Program-made: the position numbers and the translations under genes
Shown: positions 20,601 to 29,900 of the stretch, piece after piece
How positions within the stretch are numbered: the stretch's first letter is position 1
How the letters are laid out: every line of letters begins with the position of its first letter
Notes under the pieces: generated by a model
Databases searched by the model: none
What the model was told of the DNA's origin: nothing
Seen by the model: only the letters and a program-made list of their open reading frames with translations
Source of the DNA: Myxococcota bacterium
Lineage (GTDB): Bacteria > Myxococcota_A > Polyangia > Polyangiales > Houyiibacteriaceae
NCBI GenBank assembly: GCA_039030515.1
Contig: JBCCEA010000014.1
Coordinates: 1 to 64,000, forward strand
Reading direction: 5' to 3'
DNA: 64,000 bases

Positions 20601-22187
20601 GCCGACGTTCGCCGCGCGCTTCTCGACGCTCCGGACGACTCGCTTTTGCTCTATGCTTCGGAGTGGCTCGAAGGCCGGATCGCGTCCGGCGCTGCGTCTC
20701 AGCTTTCCTTTGCTGGGGGGTGCCTGAGAGTCGACACCTTGGCGCCCTGCAGGCTTTCGGTATTTTTAGACGGTCAGCCCACGGTTGCGGCTCGAGGCAC
20801 TATCGAGATTCCGAGCGGGAGTCACGTACTTCGGATCGTTTCTCCGGCTGACGCGCTGGCTTGGGTGAAGGTGGGGGGCGAGCTCGGGGCAATTCGCACG
20901 TACTCGCTCTACTACGAGATGACCCCGCAGGAGCCGGTGAGGTTCGCCGTGGCCGCACCCACCGTGCTTCGGGTGCGTTTGGGGGCAGGGGCGCCGCCCG
21001 ACGAAGTTCTCGGGGTCGAGGTGCATGTAGATGGAGCACGTGTCGATGCGCTTCGTCGTGACGACTATCTCGAGGTGCCTATCCTGGGCTCGAGCGTGCA
21101 TCAAGTCCGCTTGGTTTCCTCTCATCGAAGCTTGATCCGACCCACAGTTGCGGTGCCCGTTCCGCCGCCGCCTGAACCGGAGCGCGAAACGCCAAGCGCG
21201 TTTGAGGATTCACTGCCTCCTCTGAGTGCCGAACTTGTTTCGCTGCACGCGGGCGAGCCGCGTTTTGCAGGGCCGCTTTCGGTGGAGACGCACCTGCGCG
21301 CGGTTGGCGCGGAGATTCGTGATCTGGACAGCTTTGCGGAGGGCAGCCCGCATCTCGAGTTTGGTTCGACGCTCTTCTACCGAGATTCCTCGCGTACCCA
21401 AGGAGTCTCGGCCCTTGCGTTTTACCGGATGCGCGACGGCCCCTCGACGCTCGGTGTGCGGGCAACGTACGCCCGACGCAGTCAGGGCCTGCTGCCCGGG
21501 ATTACCTTGCGAGGAGAGGTGGCCGGACAGCGTTTTGACGGCCTCAATGTGGGTCTGCAGGGTTCTGCCCGTCTCCACTACCGAGTGTATCGGCATCCCA
21601 TCCTCTCGATCTATCCTTTCGCGGGTATACTCGCGTTTGACACCGACCAGCCGAACTCGTCTCGCCAGGGTTTGGATCCGGACGTGTTCAATCGATTTTC
21701 TCGAGATCATCCAGTGACGGTGCAAGCCGGGGCGTTTTCGGTATTTCGCCCAGCGCTCGACCTTGTGGGCCGGGTTTCATTCGTCGCGCACAGCAATAGT
21801 GATTGGCGCACGCTGGACCGAGTGAGTGCTTCGCTCTACCTAGATGCGCTTGTCGGCGAAGGGCTCGCCCCGTGGATCACCTTGGGGTACCAGGCGAGTC
21901 AGAGGTTTCGGGACGCGCATCGCCCTACCGCGATCGGTCGTCACGTAGGGCTCTTGCAGTCTCGACTCTGGCACTGGGCCTCACCGACCGGACGTCTCAT
22001 GTTTCATTCACGAGCAGAATGGGTGATCGATCGCATGGAGATCGCCGGATTTCTCGAACTGCGCTATCTGTTCACTCCCTACCGAGGCGTGCACGATCTG
22101 CCTCAAAGTCATGCGCCCTACCGGGCAAGGCTCGAGGAAGGCGCCCTGGTTGCGGAGCAGTTTGGGGTGACCGCCCGGTTGAACTAG
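17655..22187 (+). CDS. 1510-aa exported protein with TPR-like segments and a probable C-terminal outer-membrane beta-barrel
   Basis: Signal peptide (...ISTPDGRA/QS), TPR-like ARRLFARGQYESVLDLL...RALAYVRLGRIEEAADAF, Pro-rich linker, then ~300 aa of amphipathic aromatic-rich strands. Confidence 0.65.
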   Translation: MKALRSHEIRQLFLHRVAFWSVTLALVAISTPDGRAQSVDAPLLDAPSLDQAPEGAGTQLYWRPLEGTYPCMQRATETTCRVEHGMLPTSARVFIPASDGDLLRVRGQVVDLGLASGPAPRSSVIRWLEPGAADDPSSNERTIALPLSSPVDFAVFETSSHPAQAYVLEQRLQPLAADRYLGSLAASSGAAAPSSMRSLERDIQPFFEAFPNAPAGAFVDLIRARSLALHGRLRPISAPFFARTTGGRRHLRATDELEIEDADLVSLRIRARLGLPTVVEVYAGDVLVSSERFRGTESGTGGRTGVRSLRVAGPRVRIRLVSGEAEVRHDGYTRRWAAFGRRLATKETPFSLYAEVIKGDSNAAQALSSYRGTQQQEALHQALLALYAPGALGITMQGRALSHPALPLSYRLHLLRRLWNTGALVPEEFCASTALSGDANPESDRFWGTGDRSLRDVWMIEAVDALGELMCQSRPSALSLSKLVSIARAKPQEGELSRWVRQILHRSVFFLRPEAPGASAQVIPLPESNGVCSSYGPHGWRYQILASGEHRFYVDRMERLGFRVRALSLGAGWQGSVELNETHVPVHGALGLESAVDLDQGPARLTVPSSAPPLLVRVPAHRTVPCGSLRDVVQTTAIGSGATVPLEHASAALGRLELRFFAGDRSLALGRAGFRKFEVVVGSAVHRVEVGPSVSTERVHIPLPLSAHRIAVVPEVSVSSDSFAVRVAHVRARAARRASEAAALPSEQALLDLVRQTSRDLARAPTRSGLRLSRARALTALGYPTWAGVDRSRLEERAEQDGVRSGSADGSLRAEVVSVPAMARRQREIRRNLLAKIAPIEVSDLRRIPTARRLFARGQYESVLDLLEEAPSSVDQLMRALAYVRLGRIEEAADAFVLVEQPAALVEAARFKLEIAERDRDPRLALESLALLTVARRGGQDVQHLLWKAKALSRWVVPSAAESAAGSRLVPRSITNRVGYLSADVRRALLDAPDDSLLLYASEWLEGRIASGAASQLSFAGGCLRVDTLAPCRLSVFLDGQPTVAARGTIEIPSGSHVLRIVSPADALAWVKVGGELGAIRTYSLYYEMTPQEPVRFAVAAPTVLRVRLGAGAPPDEVLGVEVHVDGARVDALRRDDYLEVPILGSSVHQVRLVSSHRSLIRPTVAVPVPPPPEPERETPSAFEDSLPPLSAELVSLHAGEPRFAGPLSVETHLRAVGAEIRDLDSFAEGSPHLEFGSTLFYRDSSRTQGVSALAFYRMRDGPSTLGVRATYARRSQGLLPGITLRGEVAGQRFDGLNVGLQGSARLHYRVYRHPILSIYPFAGILAFDTDQPNSSRQGLDPDVFNRFSRDHPVTVQAGAFSVFRPALDLVGRVSFVAHSNSDWRTLDRVSASLYLDALVGEGLAPWITLGYQASQRFRDAHRPTAIGRHVGLLQSRLWHWASPTGRLMFHSRAEWVIDRMEIAGFLELRYLFTPYRGVHDLPQSHAPYRARLEEGALVAEQFGVTARLN

Positions 22188-22245
22188 AGTCCGACGCGTC
22201 ACCCCGCAGCAAGATACGGCACGCAATCTGCTAGGGATCGAGGAA

Positions 22246-23436
22246 GTGGACGGAATATCAGATTGGCTCTTTCGAAGGCGACGCCCGTCCCACACAAGGC
22301 CTCCGTGTACCCTGGGGAATGTTCCCGACGCTGTGCTTCGACACATGCTTCAGAGCGGCATCTTGACGCGACCTGATGTTGACAGTTTCGCAGCCAATTG
22401 GCGCATGCACGACGTGTCCAGGGCGGCTCTGTCCGCACCGCAGCGACCGATTTGGTTGCGCGAACGTGTCCACAAGGGGCACCGCAATTGGGCCCTTTCC
22501 CTGGCGTTCTCTCACGACAGCCCACGCGGAGCCTCCGGCTCACTCGACGGTGACATCACGATCTGGGACCTCGACACAGACGCGTGCCTTCGAACCCTTA
22601 GGGGGCACCGCGCAGCAGTAGATAGCGTGGCGTTCTTTCGGGACCACCTCGGAGCCCTCCGCATCGTCTCCGGCTCAGAAGACGATACCATCAGGGTCTG
22701 GGACCCGGGCACAGGCGCGTGCCTTCAAACCCTTGTCGGGCACCGCAGGTCGGTCCGTTGCGTGGAGGTCTTTCGGGATCATGACGGAGAGGTCCGCATC
22801 GTATCCAGCGCATTCGACAGTGAAATCAAGGTCTGGGACCCGGGCACGGGCGCGTGCCTTCAAACCCTTGTCGGGCACCGCAATTGGGTCTGGGCCCTTT
22901 CCGTGGCGGTCTTGCCGGGCGGCTCAGGCGGAGTCACCTGCATCGTTTCCGGCTCACTCGACGGTGAAGTCAAGGTCTGGGACCCGGGCACAGGCGCGTG
23001 CCTCAACACGCTCAGGGGGCACCAAGCAGCAGTACGTTGCGTGACAGTTTTTCCGGGCGGCCCCGGAGGAGCCCCTCGCATCGTCTCCGGTTCAGACGAC
23101 GGTACCATCAGGGTCTGGGATCCGGGCACAGGCGCGTGCCTTCGTACGTTTTGCTGGCACGGCAATTGGGTCCGTTGCGTGGAGGTCTTTCAAGACCATG
23201 ACGGAAAGTTCTGCATTATCGCCGGCTCATACGACGGTGACATCACGATCTGGGACCCCAAAACAGGCAAGCATCTTCAAACCCTTCGCGGGCACCGCAA
23301 CCTCGTCTACTGCGTGGCGGTTCGCTATGGGCGAGGCGGCCTCCTCGTCGTCTCCGGCTCGTGGGACGGTACTATCAGGTATTGGCGGACCGATGGGCGT
23401 TGCCTTCACACGACTCTTTGCAGGCCTCGGGCGTAG
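22246..23436 (+). CDS. WD40-repeat protein (7 blades) with F-box-like N-terminus
   Basis: Seven GH...SGS.D..I.[VI]WD-type repeats (some degenerate); N-terminal LGNVPDAVLRHMLQSGILTRPDV. Confidence 0.9.
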   Translation: MDGISDWLFRRRRPSHTRPPCTLGNVPDAVLRHMLQSGILTRPDVDSFAANWRMHDVSRAALSAPQRPIWLRERVHKGHRNWALSLAFSHDSPRGASGSLDGDITIWDLDTDACLRTLRGHRAAVDSVAFFRDHLGALRIVSGSEDDTIRVWDPGTGACLQTLVGHRRSVRCVEVFRDHDGEVRIVSSAFDSEIKVWDPGTGACLQTLVGHRNWVWALSVAVLPGGSGGVTCIVSGSLDGEVKVWDPGTGACLNTLRGHQAAVRCVTVFPGGPGGAPRIVSGSDDGTIRVWDPGTGACLRTFCWHGNWVRCVEVFQDHDGKFCIIAGSYDGDITIWDPKTGKHLQTLRGHRNLVYCVAVRYGRGGLLVVSGSWDGTIRYWRTDGRCLHTTLCRPRA

Positions 23437-23557
23437 TCAGTGGTTTGGACCCGGTCCTGCGATTCGAGGGTAGGCTTTGCGAGCCTATGCGTGGTGCGGC
23501 AGTTTGATAGTCTGCCGCCATGGGCCATCAACCTACGCACGACCACCCGGAGGTCTT

Positions 23558-23587
23558 TCGCCACCTGGCCTGTCGCCACCTGGCCTG
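23558..23587 (+). repeat. 15-bp tandem duplication (TCGCCACCTGGCCTG x2)
   Basis: Direct reading of the intergenic DNA. Confidence 0.8.
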
Positions 23588-23610
23588 TCTCCAACTGAAC
23601 TGAGGACCAG

Positions 23611-26600
23611 ATGGAAGATCCCCGATACAAAGTGCCCTGCGATCTATATGAGGGCGATCCCTATCAGGCTCATCCATGTCAGGGTGATCCACATCGGGCC
23701 CCGAGTGCGGAGGCGATTCAGGATGCGTGGCGCGAGTCTGCTCAGCGCCAAACCCCAGGCTCCGGAGGTCCAAAGGGAGGTGACCCCCTGTGGCTGCAGG
23801 AGTGGGAACTTGGTGCGCTGGTCGGCTCGAGCCTTGCCCCATCGGAAGAACGACGCCGTAAACTTACCCAATCTCTCCCTGGCTCGCCGGAGGCCCGATT
23901 TGACTCGCCCCAGACCGGAGGTTTGCCCTCTGTAGCCTTGCCTGAGGCAGCAGCAGCAGCCTCCTATGGGGTGTGCACCATTTGGCCGACGCCGCCTGCT
24001 TCGGTAGCTGCCCGTCGTGCCCTGCATCCAGGCGCGACCGAGCATCAAGACGCGACCGAGCGACCGCCAGAGGCTCGCCAGCGGGGTCTGTTTCTCAAAA
24101 GCCCCCTCAGCTCCCCTTACTACCGGAACCAGCCTTCGGCGCTCTTCCGTACGCTGACTCAAACGATCGTAGACGACTGTCTCCAAGAGCCACCAAAGCA
24201 ATTCAAAGAGCTTATTTCTAAATGGACAAGATCGAGCCCCGTCGGGGTCGTGCTGGTTCGTCACCCGAGCGTCTTCGAGGTTCTTCAAGGCGTAGGGCTT
24301 ATCGACTCGTCATCTCAAGCTAAGACGCAAGGCGCATGTTCTGAAGTCGCTGCCCTCTCCCGCGGGCTCTTTCTTTTTTTCTTACGCACAGACACGCTCT
24401 GCCCCATCGTGCGCTCCTGGGTGAGCGGTAGCCGAAACGAAACGGCTCGAGCGCCCATCGGCTCCGACCGTACCGATATTGGCGACCATGCACGAGTATG
24501 CGGTGCCTCTAGAGAAAGCGATGTTCTCCGAGCTGCGGTAGAGCGGATCGGTTTCACCCCGTCGGTGTACGCGCTCTTAGAGTACGCGCATTTGAGAAAG
24601 TCGAACCCGGCCGTTTCTTTCGAGTCCTATCCGGGCAACGCTCCAAGTGGATCCGCTTTGAGCTCGGCGGCTAGGTTTGTTTGCTTAGGCGGTGCAATAT
24701 CCAATCGATCAGAGCTGCATCGCTTACTCGCTTCCGATCCGATGCGGCAATTGCGGCGTCTCGCCAAGCGTATCGGTGGCGATCATCGGTCTTTGGCGCA
24801 TGCCGTGGTCGTGCTCCTGGACGGGCTTGCGTTTGAGTTAAACAGCGCCGCTGAGACGAGCCAGCGAGGGGCCTGTGATCTGAAGAATCGTGCAGCATCC
24901 TGCTTTGATCGTTCTCCCGTGGTTCGCGAAGCCTTGCGAGGTATCGAAATGCTGCTCGAGTTGATGTACCGACTGCGATCGCGCAGTAGCCGGATGATCG
25001 AAGCCTATCGGCTTTTCTATCAAGAGCTCTTTGTCCTCCTGCAGGTAGCGCCCCTGTACGATCAAAACGCGGTTGCGCAGAGTTTTATCGACGTCTACCA
25101 AGCTCGCGGAGTGCCGGCAGAGCTGTCGATACAGCCCTGCCTCGCTGGCTCCGGCATGGGGGCGGTATCCGTTGCGCTGGCCGGAGTTCGTCACGCTATC
25201 GACTCGAACCACACAAAGAGCGGCGAGGCGATGCCGGTTTTGGTCTCCGATCCAGCGCGTCGCGAGGAGAGCGGATTTGACGCCAGCTATTACGAGGTCT
25301 GCCAGCTCGTGGGAGGTCCGCACGATCCCGATCGGCGCTCGCGGATCCTGGTGGCCAATCTAAACTCGAGCGACCCGGGTCCACCTCAGGGGCTCGACCC
25401 GATCCTCAATGCGGTGAAAGTTGCCCTCCGAGACTGCGCGAACAAGCCCGTACACTTGATCTTGGACATCACCATCGAGGTCGATGCGTGGCGGCTGAAG
25501 AAGCTTTTTCACGAGCTGCACGAGCCGATGCGGCAACGCCGTCTGCAGGTGGTCTTGTGCAAGAGCCTGCAGAAATTCTCGGCACTCGGCTCCGGAAAAG
25601 CCATGATGGGCCTGGTACTGTCGGTTCAGCCGACTAGGCCTTACCCTCATCTCCCTCGGCCCGCTGACGAGTTCCAGGGATTTTCTGACTGGCTTAATCT
25701 TCAGACAGAACAGGCTCCGGAGACGGACCCCGAAGTTCAGTTCGTGACCCATCTGGCGCGTCACGGCGCTCTTCTGGAGCTTGTTCAGGTCCGTCAAGCC
25801 ATTCAAGGCGCTCGGATGATTCGCGGTGAGGAGCGCTCCTTGGACTCGGTGCCTGACCCCACCGAGCATCCACTGGCGGGCCGTCGCAATTATCGTGGAG
25901 GCTTAAGAGCCTCCCCAGCGCACGGCGAGTTTCCAAAGGTCGATCTTGGGGACCTGCTCGCTCAGCGTCTGGCACAGAAGCCGAGCTTTGCTGCTGCGTC
26001 CACCTCGTTTCTCGCTGTGGACGGCGATAAGGAAGCGGACGGTTACGTTCGGTACCGAATCTCGCCGGGTCAGGAGCCTCTAAGGCGGGTTCAAGAGTTG
26101 ATGCTGGCGATCAATGCAGTAGCGGAGCCCTCTGCTGGAGATTGGACGCGAGGCGACGTGCAGTCCCCGCGTCCATTCAAGATCTCGCCGCAACATGTGA
26201 TCCGTCTGCTTTCAACATGCGTATTGAATTGTGCGGAAGGCAACGTCGAAGAGATCGCTGCGGGACTCATAGCCTGCGGAGCACGGCTGCGTCTCATGCT
26301 GCAAGTCCCGAGTGCTCAGCGAGGACCAGGCTGGCGCTCAGAATACAGGAAGAGCAGCCGCATCATCATCAAATCAGCCTCGTTTATCTATCTGCTGGAC
26401 TGCATCTTTGTCGACAGTGCCGCGAAAAGCGGCATGTGCGCAGGTCCTGAGAGCATACCGCGGCTCTGTGAGGGGATGTTGGGTGAGCCTTTCAACCACC
26501 TGACTGAGGATATGCGAAGCGAGCTCGCCACCATTTGGCTCCGCCGATGTACCGAGCTGCATTCTTCTGTGATGTCTTCGTCATCGATCGAGCAGTTTGG

Positions 26601-26964
26601 TGCACTCATCCCGCGCGTGCGGATCTATGAGATTCTTAGCTCTCTCGGCGAGCAGCAGGAGTTCCAAAAGCTTCCGCGTGTGGTCCAAATCCGGCTTTGC
26701 CGTCTGCTTTTCGAGGGGCTGTCGCTGGGAACGGTAGCTCGAGTCGTTCAGTCCTTTCATGCGTACGCGGCGATTCATCAACTCAGCCAGACGCTGTTTT
26801 CACATGCGCTAGCGCAGTTGGGGCTCGGTCAGAGAAATCCCAGCTTTTTGAACCAACCGAGGCCGATAACGCTCGAGGCCATCCGCAGCGGGGCGAGCGG
26901 TCCCATCTTTCCAAGTCTTGCAGGGGTTTCCATACCTGTAGTTTCATCGGTAAGGCCCGCGTGA
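23611..26964 (+). CDS. 1117-aa protein with internal PLP-dependent (Cys/Met metabolism, fold type I) domain
   Basis: SGMGAV, YYE, LILDIT, KSLQKFSALGSGKAMMG and RISPGQE occur in the order of cystathionine gamma-synthase/lyase motifs. Confidence 0.65.
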   Translation: MEDPRYKVPCDLYEGDPYQAHPCQGDPHRAPSAEAIQDAWRESAQRQTPGSGGPKGGDPLWLQEWELGALVGSSLAPSEERRRKLTQSLPGSPEARFDSPQTGGLPSVALPEAAAAASYGVCTIWPTPPASVAARRALHPGATEHQDATERPPEARQRGLFLKSPLSSPYYRNQPSALFRTLTQTIVDDCLQEPPKQFKELISKWTRSSPVGVVLVRHPSVFEVLQGVGLIDSSSQAKTQGACSEVAALSRGLFLFFLRTDTLCPIVRSWVSGSRNETARAPIGSDRTDIGDHARVCGASRESDVLRAAVERIGFTPSVYALLEYAHLRKSNPAVSFESYPGNAPSGSALSSAARFVCLGGAISNRSELHRLLASDPMRQLRRLAKRIGGDHRSLAHAVVVLLDGLAFELNSAAETSQRGACDLKNRAASCFDRSPVVREALRGIEMLLELMYRLRSRSSRMIEAYRLFYQELFVLLQVAPLYDQNAVAQSFIDVYQARGVPAELSIQPCLAGSGMGAVSVALAGVRHAIDSNHTKSGEAMPVLVSDPARREESGFDASYYEVCQLVGGPHDPDRRSRILVANLNSSDPGPPQGLDPILNAVKVALRDCANKPVHLILDITIEVDAWRLKKLFHELHEPMRQRRLQVVLCKSLQKFSALGSGKAMMGLVLSVQPTRPYPHLPRPADEFQGFSDWLNLQTEQAPETDPEVQFVTHLARHGALLELVQVRQAIQGARMIRGEERSLDSVPDPTEHPLAGRRNYRGGLRASPAHGEFPKVDLGDLLAQRLAQKPSFAAASTSFLAVDGDKEADGYVRYRISPGQEPLRRVQELMLAINAVAEPSAGDWTRGDVQSPRPFKISPQHVIRLLSTCVLNCAEGNVEEIAAGLIACGARLRLMLQVPSAQRGPGWRSEYRKSSRIIIKSASFIYLLDCIFVDSAAKSGMCAGPESIPRLCEGMLGEPFNHLTEDMRSELATIWLRRCTELHSSVMSSSSIEQFGALIPRVRIYEILSSLGEQQEFQKLPRVVQIRLCRLLFEGLSLGTVARVVQSFHAYAAIHQLSQTLFSHALAQLGLGQRNPSFLNQPRPITLEAIRSGASGPIFPSLAGVSIPVVSSVRPA

Positions 26965-29900
26965 GTACAGAGGCTCCGGAGCCGCCGTGCTGGCGCGACT
27001 TCTTCATCGAAGCGCTTTGCCCGTTGAAAAAGCGCGTCTTGCTGGATTTCGTGACTGACTTCGCAGAACCACTTGAAGGGTCCAGCCCGTCGATTGTGCA
27101 GCATGCGTGCATCGACGCCATAGTGGATCTGCATCAACGGTGCGCCTCTGCTCGAAGTGAGCTCGACCAGCTGATAGGCCAGGTGCTCGGCGCGTCAAAT
27201 GAGTTGGAGCGGCAGCAGTTGCTGCGTACCCACCTGAGAAGGGCGGCAAAGCGCAGAGCCGATCGTCATAAGGCGCATGAGGCCCGCTCCCGAATCGCGC
27301 GTGCCGAATCGACCCGCCGAGGCAGCGTTTGGCGGGTGCCGGTTTGGCCCAAACGGTGGCGCGTGCCGCTGAGGCGTCTTTTGAGGCGATCGGCTCCGGA
27401 GCCGACGCTGAAGTCGTCGATGCTGCGCAGCTTCGATTTGGATGCGGTGCTTGATTTTGAAGCGGGCGTTCTTGCAAGGGAGGAGCTGAAGATTCGCGCC
27501 CTTCTCGATGTCGTGCGGCGGCTTGCGGTCGACTCGATATCGCATTTTGGAGCGGGGACGCTGGAGTTCCTCTTCGTTCTCAGCTCAGGTCGATCGTCCT
27601 TGAACGTCCGACTCGACGCGCTTGAGACCTGGCTCTGTCTTCTTCGTTCGGGTGGCGCTATGGACGAACTCGCGCCGGTCCTGCCTTGGCTTCGCGAGCG
27701 AATGGCCTCCGAGGTCGAGTCGCCTCTGCTCCGCATCAAGGTGGTCGAGCTGCTTGCGATCCTGGAGCCGAATCAGGCCGCACGTGAGATTCGGCGCAGC
27801 CTTGCGTCAGGTTCAGGCTCTCCCAAGGAGTTTCTCTACCGCAGGGGACTGATACGGATTGCGTCGGGTCTCTCTGGCGAGATCACTGTTTCCGAACTGC
27901 CGCTGCTTTCGGATGCAAGTGGCCATGTGCGTCAAGGTTTTGCTTCGTCTCTTGCCGAAGAGCGATCTCCTGCGGCGCTCGAACTGCTTGCGACGCTCGC
28001 GCTCGATGATGCGGCGGAGCGGGTTCGGGCGTTCGCTATGCGGGCCTTGTTTCAGGCCGCCGAACACGACTCGCTCGCCGCCAGTGTTTGGCGCGAGACG
28101 TTGCGCTCTATGTTGACCGAGGAGCAGAGCGAACTGGTGATTCGGGTTGCACTTCAGACAACGGAGGCGTGGGCTCGTTCGCATGCTGCAGTCGATTTGG
28201 CCGAGGACCTAGTGCGGTTCATCGGCGAAACCGAATATGCACACCTCGGCTGGAGCGCTGCGTCGATCTTGTGTCGGTGGGCCTGTAACTCCGAGCCGGC
28301 CACAGCCGATCTGCTCGAGCGTTTGGAAGACACACTCCAAGGGCGTGCGGAGGGGGCGTGGACGAAGCTCAAGCTGAGCCTGGAGGAGGCGGAGCGCGTC
28401 GATCAGGTGCTTCCTTTGCTCGCGGCAGAGGATTTTCCGGTCTCCTACTACCGGCGACGGCAAACTTTTGGATTTGTTCGCGGAGAACGCCGGGGTCGAC
28501 GGCTGTGGCGCTTGCTCTATGAGCTCAGGAATCCAAGGCCGGACAAACGCCAGGACGTGTCGCACGTGACCGCTCGGGTCGGGCCGGCGGATGCGGTGGC
28601 CGTACCTCGACTGCTCGCCGAAGTGACCCAGACCAAGGTTCCCGGAGAGCGTCGCGTGGTGTCGCGATTGGGTGATTGGGCTCCGCTCACGCCCAGGGTC
28701 GACGACTTCTTGCTTGCACTCGATGGGAAACGGCCGAGGAGGATTCTCACCCCTGCCGGAGCGATCACGATCATCCCGCCCCGCGGTTTTCGAAATCTTT
28801 ATGCCTGGGCGGCACTCTCCACGGGGTATCGTCGCTTTGCAGCCCTTCGAGAGGAGTTTCTCGATAGCGGTGAGGATCCCGCCAAGTACTTCGGTCCCCT
28901 CGAGCGTTTGGGGTTTGTCATCGAATATGCTCCGGCGACCTGGCACATTTCGGGCACGCCTTACGCAATCGAGCTGCGAGAGGCGGATCGAACCTTCAGT
29001 ACGCGGGCGACCTGGTCCTTGCCGGCCGTCGTCGACAGTCCCTTGGGGTATCTGCTGGACGATAAGGGAAGCCTTCCCTCGCACCTGCTCGTCGTCGTTC
29101 TCTCCACGACGTTGCTATTGCTCCTTCGCGGGGTCTTGCAGCAACGCTCGATCGAGCGATTGATCGGCCGTATTCCCGTGGTGATCGGGGGCTGGGGGAC
29201 CCGGGGCAAGTCGGGCACAGAGAGGCTCAAAGCCGCGCTGTTTCAGGGTCTCGGATACGACGTGTGGGTCAAGACGACGGGGTGTGAAGCGATGGTGATC
29301 CACGGCATTCCCGGCAGACCTGCGGAAGAGGTCTTTCTCTATCGGCCCTACGACAAACCCACGATTTGGGAGCAGCTCCGCGTAGTCGACTTGGCGGTTC
29401 GCGGGGGAGCACAGGTTTTTCTTTGGGAATGCATGGCCCTGAGGCCTCGATTTGTCGAAGTACTCGCGCACCGCTGGATGAACGCCTCAGTGTCGACGTT
29501 GACCAACGCCTATCCCGACCATGAAGATGTGATGGGGCCGAGTGGGGAGGATGTGGCCCGAGTGATCGCATCGTTCATGTCCAAAGGAGGCGTGTGCTTT
29601 ACTGCGGAAGAACAGATGCTTCCCATCCTAAAAGAGCAGGCTCGTCTCGCCGGTACGGATTTGCGCGTGATCACGCCCACCGAGTCCGACTTGATTGCGG
29701 GCGATCTGCTCGACATGTTTCCCTACCAGGAGCATCCGAGAAATATCGCGCTGACCGTTCGGATGGCCGAGCATTTCGGGATCGATCGAGAGCGCGCCGT
29801 CTTGGCGATGGCCGAGCACGTGGTCCCCGATCTCGGCGTGCTGAAGACCTATCCTGCGATACAGCATCGCTACCGAGAGGCGTTCTTCACAAATGGCATG

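Noticed and set aside
22470..23390. Diversity-generating retroelement TR/VR pair
   Set aside because: No reverse transcriptase is nearby, the differences are not adenine-specific, and the repeats are ordinary WD40 blades.
22188..26960. Defined mobile element carrying the WD40 and PLP genes
   Set aside because: No transposase, integrase, terminal repeats or target duplication is visible; insertion remains only an inference.
26697..26960. Longer 1502-aa start for capB
   Set aside because: It would overlap the upstream gene by 268 nt; the in-frame GTG at 26961 gives a standard 4-nt overlap.
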